44,857 nucleotides of DNA, taken from NCBI GenBank assembly GCA_947492135.1, contig CANLQR010000004.1, forward strand, positions 1 through 44,857, written 5' to 3'. The position numbers and the translations under genes are program-made. Under the pieces are notes generated by a model. That model did not search any database. It had not been told where the DNA came from and saw only the letters and a list, made by a program, of their open reading frames with translations. This document shows, piece after piece, positions 30,153 through 37,993 of the stretch; the stretch's first letter is position 1; every line of letters begins with the position of its first letter. This stretch comes from Deltaproteobacteria bacterium. Lineage in GTDB: Bacteria; Myxococcota_A; Polyangia; Nannocystales; Nannocystaceae.

Positions 30153-32369
30153 ATGCGCGCACGGTTTCGAGGGCGGGTGGCATTCGTGGTGCTGGGTGTG
30201 CGGGCGAAGGATGTGCCCGGCGTCGCCGAAGAGGGGGCCGTCCGCGCGTGGATCCAGGCGATCCGTGCCGACCTCGAACAGGCGAGCTATGGCACCGTCG
30301 TGCCCGAGCTCGAATGGCGGGGCTGGCTCGAGAGCCCGCTGCTGCGCGAAGAGCTCGGCTGCCTCGAGCTCGCGGCCCTCGCCGCGCACGCGCGGACGCT
30401 GACCGCCGAGCCGGTCGCCGGCGGTGTGATCGCCGTGGTCAACTGCACGATCGGCCGCACCGGCACGACGGGTCGCGATGTCATCGCCCAGTGGATCACC
30501 GGCGGTGGACAAGGCGGCCTGCGTCGGTGCCGATACTGCGGCGCGCTTCACCTCGCACCCAACGCCTCGCTCTCGCACTGCTGGGGCAGCCCCGAGGGTG
30601 GCCACGCGTTCGATAGCCGCGAGACCTACGAGCTGCCGCGCGCCGCCGACGGCGACGCCCACTACCGGAACTGTTCGTCATGCCATGCGATCTGGGCGTT
30701 CGACGGCAACTCGCGTGGCCATTGCCCGAAGAATCCCAGCGGCCACACCGGCGGCGATCGCTACAGCATCGCGCGCACGGACTCGGGCGCAGGCGGCTGG
30801 GCCGAGTGCACCGCGTGTCAGCGCGTGATCGCCGTCGAACTCGCCGACCGCGGCTGCATCGACAGCCAACCCTGTGCACCGGTGGCGCATACCCTGGCGA
30901 CCGATCATCCTTTGACGATCGCGCAGGAGTCCTTCCCGAGCCTGAGCTGGGGCACGCGCGCGCTCGCGGAGGCGCTGGGCGTGCACGGTGATCTCGATGC
31001 CACCGGCCGGGGCACTCGTGCGGCACCACATCCGCGCTTCACCGAGCGCGGTCCGGCGCCGTCGGCCGCGGCGGCGTGGTTGGCGGGATGGCTGCACCCC
31101 GATCGCGTCATCACGCGGATGTGGAAACCCGGTGACCGCTACGAAGTCGAGCTCGGCTTTGCCGACGCCGCCGCCCCGGCACGCGTGCTGCTGCAGATCG
31201 CCGCGCCCGCGGCCGTCTATGGCATCGAGCTGCGGCCCAATCACGGCAACGACGCGCACCTGCACGTCGACGAGTCGTTGCAACTGCGCCGATTCCTCGG
31301 CCGTGGCGCGCTGGGTGTCCCGGGTTGGCGCGCGTGCCAGGCCTGCGGCGCCGCGGTCGACAGCAGCTCGCGGAGCTGCGCCGCCGGCGGTCTGCACGAG
31401 TACGACCCCACCGAGTTCGCGGTGCCATTCGACCGCGGCTATGTGCGTGCGACCGCCGGGTGGCGACGATGCGTGGGTTGCAACGGCCTGTGGCACGAGG
31501 CTTCGGGGGACGGCAGCACGTGTGCGGCCGGCGGTCCCCATCGCAGCGATGCGACCACGGCGTATGCCCTACGTCCCAGCGAGACGACCACCGGCTTTCG
31601 GGCGTGCAGCAAGTGCCGTGCGCTGGTCGATCCGCAGCTCGCAGGCACGATGTGCGGAGCGGGTGGCACTCACGAGGTCCGGCGAAGTCCGTATTTTTCG
31701 CTCGATGTCATGCGCCGGGGCGCGACGGCGCAACATGGCTGGTCGACCTGCCGCAAGTGCGGGATCGTGGGGTTCACCGCGTCGCAGTCGTGCGCCAAGT
31801 CGGGCGGCGCGCACGTGCTCGAGGCCAGCGATCATGTGCCCGAACGCTGGGGCGTGGTCCCGGGGATCACGTCGGCGTGGCGCTGCACCCAGTGCGCGTG
31901 CATGTTCGGCCGCGCCGGCGTCTGCACCCGCGGCGGGCGCCATCGCAGCGCCGGGATGTTCCCCGACTTTGCCCTTCGTGACGCTGCGGCGGTCGATCGC
32001 GCCCTCACGCCAACAGCCACCGAGCCGCAGTTCCCCGAGGGCGTGCCGGCACTGCTGGCATTGCGCCGCAGCTGGCAGATCTGTCGCGACTGCGGGGTGG
32101 TGTTTTCGCTGGCCACAGCCGCCGCATGCCCGTCGACCAAGAAAAAGCATGTCGCGGGCAGCCCCACCCTGCGGATGAGCAGCGACACCCTCGAGGGCCG
32201 CCGCGTGCTCGTGGGCCTCGGCGACGCGCTCGCAGCCGATCGCGATGGCTTCGTGGTGCGAGTCGTTCGCCGCGACGAGCACGGCGTCATGCTGGTGGTG
32301 GAACCCGCCGGGGCCGCCGCAAAACCGGCGCGAAGAGCCAAGACCAACTTCATCCGACGGCGACGCTGA
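30153..32369 (+). CDS. Protein of unknown function with nine tandem W-x2-C-x2-C-x(11-17)-C-x(2-3)-G-G-x-H (Cys3-His) modules
   Basis: 738 aa, protein-like composition. Nine copies of the module are seen, e.g. WRACQACGAAVDSSSRSCAAGGLHEY, WRRCVGCNGLWHEASGDGSTCAAGGPHRS, FRACSKCRALVDPQLAGTMCGAGGTHEV, WSTCRKCGIVGFTASQSCAKSGGAHVL, WQICRDCGVVFSLATAAACPSTKKKHVAG. No signal peptide. It is divergent from one STK gene and tail-to-tail (2-nt gap) with another. Confidence 0.6.
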   Translation: MRARFRGRVAFVVLGVRAKDVPGVAEEGAVRAWIQAIRADLEQASYGTVVPELEWRGWLESPLLREELGCLELAALAAHARTLTAEPVAGGVIAVVNCTIGRTGTTGRDVIAQWITGGGQGGLRRCRYCGALHLAPNASLSHCWGSPEGGHAFDSRETYELPRAADGDAHYRNCSSCHAIWAFDGNSRGHCPKNPSGHTGGDRYSIARTDSGAGGWAECTACQRVIAVELADRGCIDSQPCAPVAHTLATDHPLTIAQESFPSLSWGTRALAEALGVHGDLDATGRGTRAAPHPRFTERGPAPSAAAAWLAGWLHPDRVITRMWKPGDRYEVELGFADAAAPARVLLQIAAPAAVYGIELRPNHGNDAHLHVDESLQLRRFLGRGALGVPGWRACQACGAAVDSSSRSCAAGGLHEYDPTEFAVPFDRGYVRATAGWRRCVGCNGLWHEASGDGSTCAAGGPHRSDATTAYALRPSETTTGFRACSKCRALVDPQLAGTMCGAGGTHEVRRSPYFSLDVMRRGATAQHGWSTCRKCGIVGFTASQSCAKSGGAHVLEASDHVPERWGVVPGITSAWRCTQCACMFGRAGVCTRGGRHRSAGMFPDFALRDAAAVDRALTPTATEPQFPEGVPALLALRRSWQICRDCGVVFSLATAAACPSTKKKHVAGSPTLRMSSDTLEGRRVLVGLGDALAADRDGFVVRVVRRDEHGVMLVVEPAGAAAKPARRAKTNFIRRRR

Positions 32370-32371
32370 CC

Positions 32372-35317
32372 TCATCGCGCGGCTTCGAGCCACGCGATCA
32401 TCTCGTCCCGTTCGCGTCGGGCGACCCCTTCGCTGTCGGCAAGGGCTGCGATCGCGATGCGGATCTGCTCGCGCCCCCGTTCGGCGAGCGTCGGTGCGGC
32501 GAGCCACGCTCGACCGAGCGCGAAGCGAGCCGAGGCCTGAACGCGAGGATAGGCGCGAGGGGTCGGCGCGAAGATCGTGAGCGCGCGCTGGAGGGCAGCG
32601 ACTCCCCGAGCCACCTCACCGCGCTGCAACAGCGCACGCCCGAGCCCCACCAGCACGAACCCGATCGCCCGCGCATCAGGCCCATAGGTCTGCTCGAGGC
32701 GCAGCAACGCCTCCTCGAAGGCGACCAACGCCTCGTCATGGCGCCCCATGGCCGACAACACTACCGCACGCAGGTCGATACGACCGAGCAGATCCGGATG
32801 GTGCTGATCCTCGGGCAGTTGCGGCTCGTCGATCCACTCGGCCTGCGCGAGTGCCTCGTCGTGTCGGCCCAGATCGAGCAGAGCCAGCGCCATGCCGTTG
32901 CGCATCCACCCCTGTTGCAGGCCAGTCTGCAGGTCGCGCTGCATGTTGCTGATCGTGGCCGGTGCGTGGACCGGATCGGGGCGTTGGGTCTGGTACTCCA
33001 GCGCCTCGGCATACGTGGCCAGCGCCTGCGAGGCATCACCGCGCTCCCACGCGACGTCCGCGAGGTGACCCAGGGTGTGGCTCACCCAGACCGAATCGGC
33101 GCCGAAGACCTCGCGGCGGATGGCCAGAGCGTCGCCGAAGTACCGGTTTGCGGTGGCGAAGTCACCGACCACGAAGTAGGTCTCGGCAAGGTTGCCCGAG
33201 GCATTGGCCACCATGATGTGATGGGGTCTGAGGTCTTCGGTGACGATCGCGAGCGCGCGGGCGTAGTGCGGGCGCGCGGCCTCGTAGTCACCGCGGCGAA
33301 ACTCGGTCTCACCGATGAGGTTGTGGGCCTGCGCGAGCCAGCGTCGGCTCGCAGGGCCGCTGCGCTCGAACTGCGCACGAGCACGCTCGAGCAACCCAGC
33401 GGCGTCACCATCACGTTCCATCATCATGATCTCGGCCAGGCACAGCTCGATGCGACCCACGAGCTCGGGTGGATCGCCCATCGCTGCGGCCGCGACGCGG
33501 GCGCGTTGCTGACTGAGTTTCGCGCGCACGTAGTCGCCCTGCGCAAGATCGGATTCCATCGACGCCACCAGTGCCAGGGCGATCAGGTCGGGGCGGCGAG
33601 ACGACTCCGCCGCAAGTACGGCCGCGTGCATCGTCGCGGCCGGATCGACCTCATCGACGCTGCCGAGCAAGGGGTTCTGGAGCTCGGCGGTGACCAGCAG
33701 CGCCTCGGCCTCGAGCGAGCGCAGGCCGAGATCTCGAGCCCTGCGCGTGGCGTCGCGAGCAGCGGCGAGCCCTTCGACGAGCTTGCCGACGTCGCCGTAG
33801 GTCCTCGCGGTGGCGATGGCTGCACGCAGCTCGAGATCTTGCTCGGGATCATGGGCCGGCGCGTCCGCTGCCGGCACGACGTAGAGGCATTCGCCCGGCG
33901 CCCGCCCAGCGGAACCACCGATCGCGGTGTGCTCGACCATCTGGGCGTCGGCGCGAGCGAACGCCGTGGCCATCGACTCGAGCTCGAGCAACCGGGTGTG
34001 TAGACAGTACTGCTGGGCGATGCGCGTGCCATCGTCGACCGTCGCGGTACACGCCGCGTCGTGGGCCGCTCGCCAGGCCTCGCCAAAGCGATCGAACTCG
34101 AACACCAGGCGATCGGCGCGCTCCTCGGCGTGGCTCGACCCGCTGGCCGCGAACGCCTCGCGAATGCGCCTGGCCGCCGACGCATTCCATACCGCGGCGA
34201 GCCGATCGGAGCCGTGCTCGCAACCGGCGTTGGCGGCATCGACACGCTGTCGCAGCAAACCCAGGGTTGCCAGGCCGACGGCCGCAATTCCCAGCCAGCG
34301 CCGGGTTCGTCCCCGCGTCGGCTGCTCGAGCACCGCGAGCAGCGACGCCATGTCGGCGAAACGGCGCGCGGGATCGGTACTCAAGCCGCGTGTCACCAAA
34401 CCCCCGAGCCACCGCGGGACGTCGATCATCGGCGGACGCGGACGCGGCCGCTGCCGTCCAGCGGTGACGTTCGCGGCCAGCCCGGCGTGGTCGCGTCCAT
34501 CGAACGGGCGCTCGCCATACAGCGCCTCGGCGAGTGCCACGCAATACCCGAACTGATCAGAGCGCGCGTCGATCCGGCCCCCGAGGAATTGCTCGGGGGC
34601 CATGTACGCGGGCGTGCCGATCCCCGCGGTCGAGGTCGCCGTCTCGGCCACGGTGGTGTCGTCATCGGTACCCGCGACCCGAGCGATTCCGAAGTCCGAC
34701 ACCCGCACGCGGCCGTCGTTGCCGATCAGGACATTTTCGGGCTTGAAATCGCGATGCACGATCCCCGCGGTGTGGGCCGCCTGCAGGCCACGGGCAGCCT
34801 GCGTGAACACCTCCACCACCTCGCGCCAGGTCCGACGCGTGCCGAGCCACTGACGCAGGGTCGAACCCTCGACGAGCTCGAGCGCCACGAACACCCGACC
34901 TTGGTGGACCCCTGCGTCGAACACCGGCACGACGTTGGGGTGGGACAGCTTCGCCAACGACTTGGCCTCGCGGACCATCGCCGTCCGAGCGTCTTGCGGA
35001 CTCATCGTGTCGTGGAGCAGCTTGATCGCGACGCGGCGATCGAGCTGTGGAGCAGCCGCCATCCACACCTCGCCGCTCGCACCGCCGCCGAGACGCTCGA
35101 GCAACTGGTAGCGACCGACACTTGGCCCAGGCGCATCCCGTCCGAACAGTCGGGCTGCGAGTTGCGCGTGCCAATGCTCGGCCTGGAGGTCCCGACCCTC
35201 GGGGACGGCCTGTGCGACGCGGCCACCAAGGGCGTCGTCGATCCCGGCGAGTTTGGGCACGCGAGGTGAAGTTTCCCCCAAAATCGGCGACGTCGGGTCG
35301 AGACGCGTTGGGCGCAT
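32372..35317 (-). CDS. Ser/Thr protein kinase with a TPR-repeat C-terminal region
   Basis: Kinase domain GRYQLLERLGGGASGEVWMA...VAIKLL; HRDFKPENVLI; DFGIAR; GTPAYMAPE. TM, then TPR. The track ORF extends to 35449, but that would overlap the divergent lipoprotein gene start (35419) by 31 nt. I take the internal ATG at 35317 (MRPTRLDPTSPILGE...) as the likely start. Confidence 0.8.
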   Translation of the reverse strand: MRPTRLDPTSPILGETSPRVPKLAGIDDALGGRVAQAVPEGRDLQAEHWHAQLAARLFGRDAPGPSVGRYQLLERLGGGASGEVWMAAAPQLDRRVAIKLLHDTMSPQDARTAMVREAKSLAKLSHPNVVPVFDAGVHQGRVFVALELVEGSTLRQWLGTRRTWREVVEVFTQAARGLQAAHTAGIVHRDFKPENVLIGNDGRVRVSDFGIARVAGTDDDTTVAETATSTAGIGTPAYMAPEQFLGGRIDARSDQFGYCVALAEALYGERPFDGRDHAGLAANVTAGRQRPRPRPPMIDVPRWLGGLVTRGLSTDPARRFADMASLLAVLEQPTRGRTRRWLGIAAVGLATLGLLRQRVDAANAGCEHGSDRLAAVWNASAARRIREAFAASGSSHAEERADRLVFEFDRFGEAWRAAHDAACTATVDDGTRIAQQYCLHTRLLELESMATAFARADAQMVEHTAIGGSAGRAPGECLYVVPAADAPAHDPEQDLELRAAIATARTYGDVGKLVEGLAAARDATRRARDLGLRSLEAEALLVTAELQNPLLGSVDEVDPAATMHAAVLAAESSRRPDLIALALVASMESDLAQGDYVRAKLSQQRARVAAAAMGDPPELVGRIELCLAEIMMMERDGDAAGLLERARAQFERSGPASRRWLAQAHNLIGETEFRRGDYEAARPHYARALAIVTEDLRPHHIMVANASGNLAETYFVVGDFATANRYFGDALAIRREVFGADSVWVSHTLGHLADVAWERGDASQALATYAEALEYQTQRPDPVHAPATISNMQRDLQTGLQQGWMRNGMALALLDLGRHDEALAQAEWIDEPQLPEDQHHPDLLGRIDLRAVVLSAMGRHDEALVAFEEALLRLEQTYGPDARAIGFVLVGLGRALLQRGEVARGVAALQRALTIFAPTPRAYPRVQASARFALGRAWLAAPTLAERGREQIRIAIAALADSEGVARRERDEMIAWLEAAR

Positions 35318-35418
35318 GGTGACGGCCAGCACAACCGCGTCGCGCCGGGTTTCATTGGGCCCAGGTCCGCGCAATCGATCGCGATGGCCAGGGCCTCTAC
35401 CGCTGCCGGAGACACCCC

Positions 35419-36183
35419 ATGCCACGAACGACTTCACACCTTGGTCCATGCCTTGCCATCCTGAGCGGATTTTTCACCCAGCTGCCCGCGTGCGTGATCA
35501 GTGGCGATGGCGATGATGACAGCGGCGGTGAAAGTTCCGGCGCTGGCGATACCGACGACCCCAGCGCGACGATGACCGATCCAAGCGCGACCGCGAGTGC
35601 CTCCGACTCCGCGAGCGCCTCCGACTCCGCAAGCGCCTCCGACTCCGCGAGCGCGAGTGCGAGTGCGAGTGCGACCGCGAGCGACTCCGACTCCGCGAGT
35701 GCCTCCGACTCCGCAGACTCCGACTCCGCAGACTCCGGCTCTACCGCGGACGACTCCGGCGTCGACATCGTGCCCGCCGAGGGCCTATGGCAATACGAAG
35801 AAACCGGCGGTGGAACCAACGACTGCACGTTCCTGTCCGAGCCGAGCAACGGCTTCGGTCAGTTCCAGATCACGCTCACCGGACCTGCGAGCCTCACCCT
35901 CACGCCCGGCGACGAGACCGAGCCCTTCGAGTGCACGTTCGGCGGCGGCGCCTACGAATGTGCCGAGCGCCTGACCGGCATGACGGACGCTGCAGCTGGG
36001 CTCGACGCGGTCGGCCGCATCTTGGTGTCACTCGACGGCACCTTCGACAGCGCGACCGCACTGGTGGGCACCCAGAACGGTTCGATCGTGTGCGAGGGGG
36101 CCGACTGCGGCGTCGCAGCCCAGGCCCTGGGAGTCGCGTTCCCGTGCGCGTTCACGATCCCATTCATCGGTACCGCGCTGTGA
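35419..36183 (+). CDS. Lipoprotein with an (SASDSA)n low-complexity linker and a C-terminal Cys-containing domain
   Basis: GGAGA lies 6 nt before the ATG. Signal/lipobox LGPCLAILSGFFTQLPAC. An 18-nt tandem-repeat region encodes SASDSASASDSASASDSA... The C-terminal domain has 8 Cys. Confidence 0.6.
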   Translation: MPRTTSHLGPCLAILSGFFTQLPACVISGDGDDDSGGESSGAGDTDDPSATMTDPSATASASDSASASDSASASDSASASASASATASDSDSASASDSADSDSADSGSTADDSGVDIVPAEGLWQYEETGGGTNDCTFLSEPSNGFGQFQITLTGPASLTLTPGDETEPFECTFGGGAYECAERLTGMTDAAAGLDAVGRILVSLDGTFDSATALVGTQNGSIVCEGADCGVAAQALGVAFPCAFTIPFIGTAL

Positions 36184-36196
36184 AGCCCGACTAGAA

Positions 36197-36838
36197 TCAC
36201 TGCGCGCGCCCGGCGATCTCGCGGATCGACCGGGCCCAGTCCTCGAGCCCGGCGAGCGTCGAGTGCAGCTCGGGTTCGCCCGCGCCGAGCTCGGCCAGTG
36301 CGGCCTCGAGCAGCTGGCGTGCTCGACGAATCCGCGTGCGGACGGTGCCCTCGGGGATCTCGAGCACGCCGGCGAGCTCCGCGGCGGACAAGTCTTCCCA
36401 GTAGTACAGCTCGAGTACGACCTGCAGCTCGACGGGAATCCGACGCAGCGCGTCGAGCAGCAGGCGATGCTCTCGGTGCTGGGCGACCAGCGTCGACGGC
36501 GACGGTGCTTGGTCGTGGACCGACTGCACCAGCGGATCGAAGCGCGCTTGATCGCGGCCGCCTCGGCGCAACGCGGCATAGAGCTCGTGCCGCGCCACCG
36601 TGAACAGATAGGTACGGAAGCTCGAGTCCCCGCGAAACTGCTCGCGGTTTTCGACCAGCGCCAACAATGTGCGCTGGATTAGATCGTCGACGCCGTCGCC
36701 CGCGAGCTTGTTGCGAAAGAACCGGCAAAGCGCGTCGAAGTGGCGCTCGAACAGAGCACTACCCGCCGCGGTATCGCCGGCACGCCAAGATCCGAGCAGC
36801 TCGATATCGGTGGGCAACGCCCCCGGAGCGTACCGCAC
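36197..36838 (-). CDS. ECF-type RNA polymerase sigma-70 factor
   Basis: Region 2 (DDLIQRTLLALVENREQFRGDSSFRTYLFTVARHELYAALRR) and region 4 (IPVELQVVLELYYWEDLSAAELAGVLEIPEGTVRTRIRRARQLL). The start is taken at the in-frame GTG at 36838 (a TTG at 36817 is possible); the upstream part of the track ORF is non-sigma-like. It lies 23 nt downstream of the Cys-rich lipoprotein gene on the same strand. Confidence 0.8.
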   Translation of the reverse strand: MRYAPGALPTDIELLGSWRAGDTAAGSALFERHFDALCRFFRNKLAGDGVDDLIQRTLLALVENREQFRGDSSFRTYLFTVARHELYAALRRGGRDQARFDPLVQSVHDQAPSPSTLVAQHREHRLLLDALRRIPVELQVVLELYYWEDLSAAELAGVLEIPEGTVRTRIRRARQLLEAALAELGAGEPELHSTLAGLEDWARSIREIAGRAQ

Positions 36839-36861
36839 CGGTGGCGGTAAGCCACGGTCGC

Positions 36862-37809
36862 CTAGGCCGGAATCAGGCAGGCGCCGACGGTCTCGTAGCC
36901 TGGCGGTGCCTGGCCCTCTTCGTACCAAGCGACGCACTCCTGGCCCCCGGCCGCGCCTGGGCAGTTCGCGGTCGAATCGGGATCGGTGAAGTCGCAGAAC
37001 GACGAGCAACAACCGATCGATCCGGCACACTCGGGCACGCCCTCGGGCGCAGCACAGAACAACCCGGGGTCGCAGACGTTGAGAAACTCGCAGCCCTCGC
37101 CGTACAGGCCCTGCTCGCCGCCGGCATCGGGGACGCACGAGAACGCGTCGTTGGTCGGATAGCAGGCCTCGCCCTCGGCACAATCCTGCAGCAGAGGATC
37201 ACAGTTTGGCAGACACAGGATCAGCACACCATCGTTGAGGATGTTGCAGCTGGTCGCGGGATCTTCACAGATGGGGTTCGCTTCAGAGCCCTCACAAAAC
37301 GCGACGCAGGTGCCGAGGTTGGTCTCCGGGTCGACGTTCCAGCACATCGAACTCTGCTCGCAGTTGTCGATGCCGCTGACACCCGAGCCCTCGACCGTAC
37401 ACGAGTCGCCGATCACCGCGGCGGCGTCGTCTTGCGGTGAACAGCGCGTCGCGTTCCACGAGTTGCCGCCGTCGTTTGCCCACGGCATGCACTTTTCGCC
37501 TTCCGGGCAATCCTGGGCCCATACGTCGCACTGGGTGCCGTCGATCCCGCCGTCGGGGTTGAGGATGAAGGTCCCGCCGTCGTCGTCGCCGCCACTGCTG
37601 GTCTGGGCGCCGGTCTCGACCCCGGGCTCGCTGGGGTCGACGGGCGGGTCGTCACTGGCATCGTCACTGCCGCTGCCGCCGCTGCTGCTGTCCTGGGCTT
37701 GGGTCGGGTCGACCGTCACGCTGGTTCCGGTGAGCGCGTCATCCTTGGGCGCGGCGCAAGCCACGGTCAGCAGCGCCAGCGCGCAATAGGGGGTCATACG
37801 GGTCTTCAT
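36862..37809 (-). CDS. Cys-rich secreted lipoprotein (myxobacterial Cys-rich repeat type)
   Basis: Signal/lipobox MKTRMTPYCALALLTVAC. An acidic Ser/Gly/Asp linker is followed by about 30 Cys in repeated C..C..C / CPEGE / CEGSE spacing. It appears co-transcribed with the downstream ECF sigma gene. Confidence 0.7.
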   Translation of the reverse strand: MKTRMTPYCALALLTVACAAPKDDALTGTSVTVDPTQAQDSSSGGSGSDDASDDPPVDPSEPGVETGAQTSSGGDDDGGTFILNPDGGIDGTQCDVWAQDCPEGEKCMPWANDGGNSWNATRCSPQDDAAAVIGDSCTVEGSGVSGIDNCEQSSMCWNVDPETNLGTCVAFCEGSEANPICEDPATSCNILNDGVLILCLPNCDPLLQDCAEGEACYPTNDAFSCVPDAGGEQGLYGEGCEFLNVCDPGLFCAAPEGVPECAGSIGCCSSFCDFTDPDSTANCPGAAGGQECVAWYEEGQAPPGYETVGACLIPA

Positions 37810-37993
37810 GGGCAGTTTCTCCTCGTGGGCGGGTGGAACCAGGGACGGTTTTACCTTGGACTCATAAACCTACAAACGCAACAGCTTAAACTAACAAATC
37901 TAATCTAACCCACAAAAATGCGCTTATCGCGCGGATTTGCTTCGGAACCGGACGATCGCTGCTACGCTGCGCACCCCCCGAAACCGAGGCCCG
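37810..37993. promoter_or_regulatory. AT-rich divergent promoter region between the Cys-rich lipoprotein/ECF sigma operon and the MVP-like gene
   Basis: The core 37861-37920 (ctcataaacctacaaacgcaacagcttaaactaacaaatctaatctaacccacaaaaatg) is about 35% GC in a 70% GC context. It contains repeated CTAA/TAAC motifs. GAGG lies 3-4 nt before the MVP ATG. Confidence 0.45.

Noticed and set aside
35590-35760. 18-bp DNA tandem repeat
   Set aside because: It lies inside the lipoprotein CDS and simply encodes the (SASDSA)n low-complexity linker. It is not a CRISPR array or a regulatory repeat.
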